From IMG/VR virus record IMGVR_UViG_3300046804_006785: a stretch of 64,000 bases of DNA. One strand, given 5' to 3'. Shown in pieces: positions 44,966 through 51,554 of this stretch; the first letter of the stretch is position 1; each line of letters begins with the position of its first letter. The notes under the pieces were generated by a model. It saw only the letters and a program-made list of their open reading frames with translations. It had not been told where the DNA came from and ran no database searches. Both the position numbers and the translations under genes were made by a program. This DNA comes from a virus.

Positions 44966-45049
44966 TTTTGTTTACTCAATAATTGACATATTTTAAGCAA
45001 CTTATTTATTTTATGTTATAATCTAAGTTACTTGTACTAGATCCACACA

Positions 45050-45088
45050 AACCCCATGACTAAAACACTTCAAGTCATGGGGTTTTTT
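45050..45088. terminator. Hairpin terminator
   Basis: AACCCCATGACT/AGTCATGGGGTT plus T run. Confidence 0.7.
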
Positions 45089-45089
45089 A

Positions 45090-45374
45090 TTATGCTACTT
45101 TTGCTTTACGGAGTTTTGATACTCCTGCATAAGCAGCATCTTTTATTTGTGGCATTGCTTCGGTGTTAAATTCTACTGCTTCTTGTTGAGTTTCTGCCTC
45201 AACCAAGACGTATTCACAGAAGTTTAAGGATTTACAATCTTCATCCCAGTCGAAATCGCCAACTTGGTTACTGGTCATACTTTTAGCAATCTTTATTGCT
45301 GACTGCTTAGTAGTTATACTGGGGTGAGATTCTTGATCAATGTAGGCATTGTAATAAATTTTATAGGTTGCCAT
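45090..45374 (-). CDS. Hypothetical protein
   Basis: 94-aa ORF behind promoter. Confidence 0.6.
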   Translation of the reverse strand: MATYKIYYNAYIDQESHPSITTKQSAIKIAKSMTSNQVGDFDWDEDCKSLNFCEYVLVEAETQQEAVEFNTEAMPQIKDAAYAGVSKLRKAKVA

Positions 45375-45403
45375 GTGTTATTTTACCTTTGTTTGTCTAT
45401 ATA

Positions 45404-45432
45404 AATATAACACCATTTTATTCTAATGTCAA
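45404..45432 (-). promoter_or_regulatory. sigma70-type promoter
   Basis: TTGACA-17-TATATT on minus strand. Confidence 0.75.
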
Positions 45433-45502
45433 GCAAAATAATCACACATTTTACAAGCTGCTTAGAATATGCCATACTGCTAGATAAAACAGGACTACAG
45501 CA

Positions 45503-46318
45503 ATGGCAACTAAAATCAAACCCTCATTCAAGATTGAACCTATACCTAATCATGCTGGTTTTCAAGCATTGGGAACAGTTAAAGGTAAGTTTACTTACTT
45601 AGAAGACCAAACTGGGATAAACAAGGGTAGAGGTGTTCTAAAAACTAAATACGGTGAGTTCCCTGCTTTTGTGCATAGTAAATGTAGGCAAGTAGTTAAA
45701 AATTTATACTCAAAATCTCACTATTTTTTAGTATGGTTTAGAAACAGATTGGCTACTGAAGATAATACTGCCACTGTCCAATTTACAATTGTGGGATGCG
45801 GTCTAGAAGGTGTGGATAATTGCTTTTTGGTTACAGGTGCGTTAGTTGGTGGTAAAAAAGAAGAGAAGGTTTACCAGTTTATTTTAAAGCGGAACTTTAA
45901 CAGTCCAATACCAACTAAGCATAAGGTCAATTTTGCTACTCGTAGTTTTAAGGTTAAAGTATCAGCTACGGATGACTTATGGGAACTATATAAGCATAAA
46001 TTAGCTGCTTTAGTTTGTAAGCTTGAAGATGGTCAGTTGCAAGTAGTCAGTCATCAATTAATTAGTGAAGAAGTGCCGGATAAAAGTCTGCTAAAAAGTC
46101 TTAAAAAGAAAATCAAAAAGAAGAAAAATAAGAAAGTAATCACAGTCGAACCAACGGGGGATAAGCCACTGGTTAAGAAAAAAATAACTGTTGGTATAGT
46201 AACTAGTGATCCGGTGGGAACTGCTAAAAAAGTATTACCCAGCATTAAGCCTACTGAACCCCTAACGACTGAACCACCTAAGAAAAAAGTAAAAGTATTG
46301 GAACTTCCAAGAAAATAA
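45503..46318 (+). CDS. Hypothetical basic protein
   Basis: 271 aa, Lys-rich tail. Confidence 0.65.
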   Translation: MATKIKPSFKIEPIPNHAGFQALGTVKGKFTYLEDQTGINKGRGVLKTKYGEFPAFVHSKCRQVVKNLYSKSHYFLVWFRNRLATEDNTATVQFTIVGCGLEGVDNCFLVTGALVGGKKEEKVYQFILKRNFNSPIPTKHKVNFATRSFKVKVSATDDLWELYKHKLAALVCKLEDGQLQVVSHQLISEEVPDKSLLKSLKKKIKKKKNKKVITVEPTGDKPLVKKKITVGIVTSDPVGTAKKVLPSIKPTEPLTTEPPKKKVKVLELPRK

Positions 46319-46324
46319 GTGTAA

Positions 46325-46359
46325 AAAAAGCCGCTAAATGCAACAACTTAGCGGCTTTT
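46325..46359. terminator. Bidirectional terminator
   Basis: AAAAAGCCGCTAA/TTAGCGGCTTTTT. Confidence 0.8.
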
Positions 46360-46361
46360 AA

Positions 46362-46664
46362 TTAATCTATTTTTTTGGTTGTATAGAACAGCAAAAAATC
46401 CATAATGCTATTAACATCTCCGCCGTGTACACCTTGTTGTACTCCAAGTTCTTTACTTAGTCGGTTAAGAACCGCGATTACTGTTCCGTCCGAAATGTCT
46501 AGATTTTTTGCTATGGACTTATAATTACAACCTTGATAAGTCAAATTAATAATCTCATAAGTCTGTTTGTTGTTATTCACAATGCTATTAAGAATATCAC
46601 GGATATCCTGTCTGGTTTTTCCCCTAAAGGATTCCATTGTAGCCAATTCTTCCATTGTTATCAT
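46362..46664 (-). CDS. LuxR/sigma4-like HTH protein
   Basis: G.NYKSIAKNLDISDGTV. Confidence 0.65.
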   Translation of the reverse strand: MITMEELATMESFRGKTRQDIRDILNSIVNNNKQTYEIINLTYQGCNYKSIAKNLDISDGTVIAVLNRLSKELGVQQGVHGGDVNSIMDFLLFYTTKKID

Positions 46665-46721
46665 TAATTTTACTCCTAATTTTGAACCTCAGAACTTTTA
46701 TAAGTCTGAGGTTTTTTTGAT

Positions 46722-47000
46722 TTATTTCTTGGAAACTAACTCTTTAAACGCTTTACCTGGCTTAAACTTAGGAGTTACCTTAGCAGGAATACTAATCTTT
46801 TCTTTAGTTTTTGGGTTGATACCTTCTCTTTCTTTTAGTTCCACAGAACAAAAAGATCCAAAGCCTACAAAATCTACGGACTCACCTGCGGCTACCTGTT
46901 CCTGGATAATCTCTAAAGCTGCATCAATGGCTTCTTTAGCTTGATTCTTTTTGAGTTTTGTCCTTTCAAATATAGCTGATACAAATTCTGTTTTGTTCAT
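46722..47000 (-). CDS. hup: HU histone-like DNA-binding protein
   Basis: MNKTEF, GFGSF, REGINPKT, PKFKPGKAFKE. Confidence 0.95.
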   Translation of the reverse strand: MNKTEFVSAIFERTKLKKNQAKEAIDAALEIIQEQVAAGESVDFVGFGSFCSVELKEREGINPKTKEKISIPAKVTPKFKPGKAFKELVSKK

Positions 47001-47149
47001 TGTTCTGCATAATAACGACTGTTTTCTAGCATACTACAGAAAACAATAAAATATCTCATTCAAATAAAAATAGTTTATGCTACTATTTTATATGAATGAG
47101 ATATCGGTTGGGGCGATGATGTGGATCATCGCTTTTATTTTGTTTATTT

Positions 47150-47770
47150 TTATAACCCTGCGTTAATTTCTCCCCAATTCCCAGTAGGAAGTAAGGCATT
47201 TTTGGCTTCTTGATCAAGCCAATATTGGTGTGAGTTTCTCAATCTTTTTAAGTTTTGTGTTAAAGCTTCAAACACACTGTCACTCTTAGGACAATGAGTT
47301 TTTGATCTACCAGTCATGTTGTTTGTAATAATAAAGGTACGATTAATACAATGTATCTCACACAGAAAATAATCTGTATGATATACCTCAATGAGCATGG
47401 TCTGTTGACCACCCCAAATCTCACAGATGATCGCTAAACCTTTAAACTTTGCAGTTAGTCCTAAGTCACGGATCATACCACCGATATCTGTAGTGGGGAT
47501 ACCTACTAGATATTCTGTTTTACTTAAAGTATCATATTCAATATGATCACGAACTGCTTTAGCATGATAGCAGTCCATATTATTTTTACCCGCAGCACAG
47601 TTACAGCAATCCATCAAAGAATCATACTGGTAGAGATTACCAGTTTCGCCAACTACTTCATAGTAGTGTTTGCTGACTTGGTTTAATGATTGAACTTTGC
47701 GAGGTTGTTTTTTGAGAACTGGACGTGCTAGACGTGCTATTGTGGTAGTCATAACTTTTTGCATTGCCAC
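47150..47770 (-). CDS. SWIM-type zinc-finger protein
   Basis: CNC.......CYH motif. Confidence 0.6.
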   Translation of the reverse strand: MAMQKVMTTTIARLARPVLKKQPRKVQSLNQVSKHYYEVVGETGNLYQYDSLMDCCNCAAGKNNMDCYHAKAVRDHIEYDTLSKTEYLVGIPTTDIGGMIRDLGLTAKFKGLAIICEIWGGQQTMLIEVYHTDYFLCEIHCINRTFIITNNMTGRSKTHCPKSDSVFEALTQNLKRLRNSHQYWLDQEAKNALLPTGNWGEINAGL

Positions 47771-47808
47771 CGGGAATTAAGACGTTCGGTGGCTTTCCTT
47801 ATATCACT

Positions 47809-47837
47809 AATATAACAGCCCTTAAAATTAATGTCAA
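47809..47837 (-). promoter_or_regulatory. sigma70-type promoter
   Basis: TTGACA-17-TATATT on minus strand. Confidence 0.75.
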
Positions 47838-48021
47838 GTGTTTTATGAAAAATAATTTAAAATAATTTTAGGGATAATGTAAAACTAGATAACTGCGTAA
47901 TAGATCAAGGTTTTATAAGAAAAATGCCGAAAACCCTTGAAGATGTGACTTCCTGAGTCAGTCACATCTGTGCTTTAGACAAGGGATGAATGCTAGTTGC
48001 AGGATTTATCCTGCATTGACG

Positions 48022-48426
48022 TTAATCGCGTTGCTGCTCAATATATTTCTTAACCGTTTCTGTGCAAATATTTCCAGCAGTGCTTACAAAATAGCTTGGT
48101 GTCCACAACGTAGGTATTTTTAAAAGTTCGGGAAATTCTTTCCTAAGATGATGAGAAGCCCTGCCTTTAATTTTCCTCATAATGCTAGACGGATCATCGG
48201 TTGGCTTCACGTTTAAAAACAGATGGACATGATCCGGCATAATCTCCATAGCAATAATCTTCCACCTATTCTCTACAACCAACTCGCAAATAATTTGCTG
48301 CAACCTCTCTGCAACAGCACCTACCAGGACTTTTTTCCGCCGCTTAGGAATAAAGACAAAGTGGTAATTCAGAAGCGATACCGCATTGCTTTCGTGTCTG
48401 TACTCATCTGGAGAAAACTTCGCCAT
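48022..48426 (-). CDS. tnpA: IS200/IS605 Y1 transposase
   Basis: YHFVFIPKRR, PDHVHL (HUH), KKYIEQQ catalytic Tyr. Confidence 0.95.
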   Translation of the reverse strand: MAKFSPDEYRHESNAVSLLNYHFVFIPKRRKKVLVGAVAERLQQIICELVVENRWKIIAMEIMPDHVHLFLNVKPTDDPSSIMRKIKGRASHHLRKEFPELLKIPTLWTPSYFVSTAGNICTETVKKYIEQQRD

Positions 48427-48507
48427 AATTTAAAAAGATTTGCTTGCTATCTGTATATAGCTATTGTATAATAGTTACAGGTCGTAAACAACAAATCAAT
48501 AAAACCC

Positions 48508-49713
48508 ATGATAGTTCTAGAGTATAAAGTTAAGGGAAAACAGCATCAGTACAATGCGATAGACGATGCAATTCGTACTACCCAATTCGTTCGCAATAAA
48601 GCGATTAGATATTGGATGGATGCACCACGTGAGTTAAAAATTGATAAGTTTGCTCTTAATAAATACTCTACGGAACTTCGGAAGGAATTTCCTTTTACTG
48701 CTGAATTAAACTCAATGGCTGTGCAATCAGCAGCAGAAAGAGCTTGGTTCGCTATATCCAGGTTTTACGACAACTGTAAATCTAATAAATCCGGGAAAAA
48801 GGGATTCCCCCGTTTTCAAAAAGATTGTCGTTCTGTTGAATATAAAACATCTGGATGGAAGTTACACAAAACTAAACGACGCATCACTTTTACCGATAAA
48901 AAAGGCATTGGTGAATTAAAACTTTTAGGTAAATGGGATATTCAATCCTACAACCTTAAAGATATTAAACGAGTGCGTTTAATCCGTCGTGCGGATGGAT
49001 ATTATGCACAGTTTTGTGTGGGTATTGATGTTGTAGATATTCAATCAAAAACAGGTAAAGAAATCGGGTTAGATGTTGGTATAGAATCTTTTTACACTGA
49101 TTCTAACGGGCATCATGAACCTAACCCTAAATTTTACCAGAAAGCTGAAAAATCAATCAAACATTCTCAAAGACAAATTTACAAAAAGCAGAAAGGCTCT
49201 AGTGGTAGGAAAAAAGCTAGAAAACTTTATGCTAAAAAACACTTAAAAGTAAGTAGGCAACGGAATGAACACGCTAAGAGAATAGCGCGTAACGTATGCA
49301 AGTCTAACGACTTAGTAGCCTACGAAGATTTAAGGGTTGTAAATATGGTAAAAAATCATTGTCTAGCAAAATCAATTAGTGATGCTAGTTGGTATTTGTT
49401 CAGGCAATGGATTGAATATTTTGCGGTTAAATTTGACAAAGTTGCTATAGCTGTAGCACCATATTACACTTCTCAAAAGTGTTCTAGTTGTGGCGTAATT
49501 GTCAAAAAATCTCTATCAACTCGTACCCATAAATGTAGTTGTGGATGCGAGTTGCATAGAGATACAAATGCAGCAATTAATATTTTAAATCTTGTAAAAG
49601 CTAGGGGAGGGCATCCCCAAAGTAACGCTACAGGAGTTGAAGCCTCTACTCTACTTGGTGCAAACCTGGTTGAGCAAGTTTTGACTATGAATGTAGAATC
49701 CCCGCGTCTTTAG
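48508..49713 (+). CDS. tnpB: RNA-guided endonuclease TnpB
   Basis: RuvC GLDVG / YEDL / RDTNAA intact; CSSCG...CSCG zinc finger. Confidence 0.95.
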   Translation: MIVLEYKVKGKQHQYNAIDDAIRTTQFVRNKAIRYWMDAPRELKIDKFALNKYSTELRKEFPFTAELNSMAVQSAAERAWFAISRFYDNCKSNKSGKKGFPRFQKDCRSVEYKTSGWKLHKTKRRITFTDKKGIGELKLLGKWDIQSYNLKDIKRVRLIRRADGYYAQFCVGIDVVDIQSKTGKEIGLDVGIESFYTDSNGHHEPNPKFYQKAEKSIKHSQRQIYKKQKGSSGRKKARKLYAKKHLKVSRQRNEHAKRIARNVCKSNDLVAYEDLRVVNMVKNHCLAKSISDASWYLFRQWIEYFAVKFDKVAIAVAPYYTSQKCSSCGVIVKKSLSTRTHKCSCGCELHRDTNAAINILNLVKARGGHPQSNATGVEASTLLGANLVEQVLTMNVESPRL

Positions 49714-49748
49714 ACCGGGGAGTGTCAATCCAAACTTTAGGCTTGACG
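49581..49748 (+). ncRNA. TnpB reRNA (omegaRNA) copy 1 with guide TCCAAACTTTAGGCTTGACG
   Basis: Overlaps tnpB 3' end; terminal hairpin CCCCG...CGGGG then GTCAA at 49728; 5' boundary approximate. Confidence 0.8.
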
Positions 49749-49870
49749 TGAACCCTGATTTTAGTCCCGTCACAATTAACAAAGAACTCATGCCACTTGT
49801 TCTTGTCAGTGGATGATTTGGGTAGTTCTGTGATTTTAGCTGTTACTTCTAGTTTTCCTGCGGTGATCAT
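49729..49870 (-). pseudogene. 5' fragment of a cyanobacterial plasmid/phage gene (often labelled FinO-like) cut by IS right end
   Basis: MITAGKLEVTAKITELP...VKPKVW then reads into IS end; the 3' half is not present beyond the left end. Confidence 0.65.
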
Positions 49871-49887
49871 TTTTACTCCTATTTGTA

Positions 49888-50118
49888 TTAATTTACTATT
49901 GGTTGCCTGCCAAATTGCAAACCCACAAATTTCCATCCATCTTCAGTTTTGTCCCAAATCCTGTACCACCTCTGAGAAGGGTGAACTTCTCCAACATCGG
50001 ACATATTGTGGAGTATTCGCACTCTCGACCTAATCAGCTTACTTTTCATGCACTTGCTAGTGGCGAAATAGTACATATCGCTTGCTATTTGTTCCGGCGC
50101 AACTGTTGGTTTTTGCAT
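49888..50118 (-). CDS. Hypothetical protein (IS cargo)
   Basis: 76-aa ORF. Confidence 0.5.
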   Translation of the reverse strand: MQKPTVAPEQIASDMYYFATSKCMKSKLIRSRVRILHNMSDVGEVHPSQRWYRIWDKTEDGWKFVGLQFGRQPIVN

Positions 50119-50440
50119 TTAATTTTCTTCTGCAATCACTGATTATAGAATCCATCCCCTTAACGCCCATCTCCTTTTTTCTGATAAACTTCGCTAATTC
50201 TAGTTCATCCGAGTCAATGCCCATCTGCCAAGCAATGCGCCTGACTTGTCCTATCTGATCAATAATCTTGTCTATGTCTTTCTTATTATCTTTCTTGAGC
50301 TTCCCAAGAAAAAAGCATCCGTCAAATTGTTCCATTAAATCACAGAATGCCTTGATAATTTCAGGCTTTGATCTATTGATTTCGATGACATCAATTTTGT
50401 CTTGAAAGTTTAACGATAATTGCATTGGGAACAACCTCAT
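50057..50440 (-). CDS. Hypothetical protein (IS cargo)
   Basis: 127-aa ORF, start may be MQLSLNF. Confidence 0.55.
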   Translation of the reverse strand: MRLFPMQLSLNFQDKIDVIEINRSKPEIIKAFCDLMEQFDGCFFLGKLKKDNKKDIDKIIDQIGQVRRIAWQMGIDSDELELAKFIRKKEMGVKGMDSIISDCRRKLNAKTNSCAGTNSKRYVLFRH

Positions 50441-50443
50441 TTA

Positions 50444-50635
50444 TATTTTAAATCTTGCAAAAGCTCTGGAGTTGAGCGAAGTCGAAACTAGGGGAGGGCA
50501 TCCCCAAAGTAACGCTACAGGAGTTGAAGCCTCTACTCTACTTGGTGCAAACCTGGTTGAGCAAGTTTTGACTATGAATGTAGAATCCCCGCGTCTTTAG
50601 ACCGGGGAGTGTCAAGAACCTTGATTAACTAGTCT
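50444..50635 (+). ncRNA. Stand-alone TnpB reRNA copy 2 with guide GAACCTTGATTAACTAGTCT
   Basis: 50488-50615 identical to 49601-49728 (128 nt); short upstream homology interrupted by a 22-24 nt insert. Confidence 0.8.
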
Positions 50636-50858
50636 ATCCTAACACACTTTTAAGCCATTGCCAGTAAGATAACTTTCTAGTTTGTTCTAATTCCTGTTCT
50701 GCTTGTGCTATGTCTTCAGCCGTTGGACATCTAAAAAAATCTATGTCTGCCACTGGTTCAGGATGTAAATCAACTACTTCAGCCTCATATATTATAGGCT
50801 GTGTTGATTGTTGTTTATATTGTGTGATCGCGTCTTGTTTTCCTGTTAATAGTTTCAT
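50634..50858 (-). CDS. Hypothetical protein
   Basis: 74-aa ORF, amphipathic C-terminus. Confidence 0.55.
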   Translation of the reverse strand: MKLLTGKQDAITQYKQQSTQPIIYEAEVVDLHPEPVADIDFFRCPTAEDIAQAEQELEQTRKLSYWQWLKSVLG

Positions 50859-50942
50859 AGGTCTTAGTTTGTTTAAGGTACGTTAATACTAGCTTAGTTT
50901 TCTCAAAAAATAAAGTCTTAACATTTCTTAATAATTTTCTGT

Positions 50943-50970
50943 TTGACATTATTTTATTTTGTGTTAGATT
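50943..50970 (+). promoter_or_regulatory. sigma70-type promoter with no downstream ORF
   Basis: TTGACA-16-TAGATT with extended -10 TG. Confidence 0.55.
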
Positions 50971-51009
50971 TATAAAAACTAAATATAATCAGGCTTTCAG
51001 AAAGCAACA

Positions 51010-51056
51010 GTATAAATACTCCCTTGATAGGGAGTTGGATTGAAACGGATTGAAAC
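51010..51056 (+). CRISPR. Solitary CRISPR-repeat-like unit (37 nt) plus tandem copy of its last 10 nt; not an array
   Basis: GTATAAATACTCCCTTGATAGGGAGTTGGATTGAAAC: GT start, ACTCCCT/AGGGAGT hairpin, ATTGAAAC end; followed by GGATTGAAAC. Confidence 0.55.
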
Positions 51057-51077
51057 TTAAATAAAAACTAAATAAAC

Positions 51078-51112
51078 AAAAAGACTCATCTAAACAGGTG
51101 AGTCTTTTTTTT
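51078..51112. terminator. Bidirectional terminator
   Basis: AAAAAGACTCATCT/AGGTGAGTCTTTTT. Confidence 0.8.
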
Positions 51113-51116
51113 ATAC

Positions 51117-51413
51117 TTAATTAACAACTTTCTTAAAACTAGTATCTGTTACTAAATGCTCCCTATTGTACCCACGTAATACAGCTAAATAACTTAGATG
51201 ATTTGCTTTCCTTCCTGCTTTTCTTTCTTCAGGTGTGATGCCTTCAAAAGCGTTAGGTTGTATTGGAAATTTAGCATTAGGGTTAGGATCAAAATACAGT
51301 CTGCAAAGGGGATAGCTTTTTATTTCATAATAGTTTAGTGCACAATCATAAACTACATCGCCAGGAATAAAATAATTTTCTGGTATTGGCTCAACGTGAG
51401 GTTTATATCCCAT
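51117..51413 (-). CDS. Hypothetical protein
   Basis: 98-aa ORF. Confidence 0.6.
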   Translation of the reverse strand: MGYKPHVEPIPENYFIPGDVVYDCALNYYEIKSYPLCRLYFDPNPNAKFPIQPNAFEGITPEERKAGRKANHLSYLAVLRGYNREHLVTDTSFKKVVN

Positions 51414-51554
51414 AGTCTTGTCTATTGGTAGTAGTTAAATGTTGGTACGAAGTCGAGTATTTCTTTTATTAGTTGTACTCGACTTTTGTAATAGATTAGA
51501 GGTAGCTTTAATCCATAAAAATCAGCTACCTCTATTAATTGTTCTAGTGTGAAA

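Larger units (their letters stand above)
47917..50615 (+). mobile_element. IS200/IS605-family element with duplicated right end and ~0.7 kb cargo
   Basis: Left end after TTTAT (47912-47916) with CTTTAGAC hairpin; divergent tnpA/tnpB; right ends finishing in TCAA at 49728 and 50615; joining outer flanks restores a 9-bp inverted repeat. Confidence 0.85.

Noticed and set aside
46567-46944. 125-aa plus-strand ORF
   Set aside because: Antisense shadow of the HU gene
48508-49713. Cas12f/V-U effector or nuclease-dead TldR
   Set aside because: Adjacent tnpA, IS ends, overlapping reRNA and intact D-E-D triad indicate a transposon TnpB
49685-49936. 83-aa minus-strand ORF as an intact gene
   Set aside because: Its C-terminus is read-through into the IS right end; treated as a truncated gene
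51010-51056. Bona fide CRISPR array
   Set aside because: Only one full repeat and no spacer-repeat periodicity; kept only as a solitary unit
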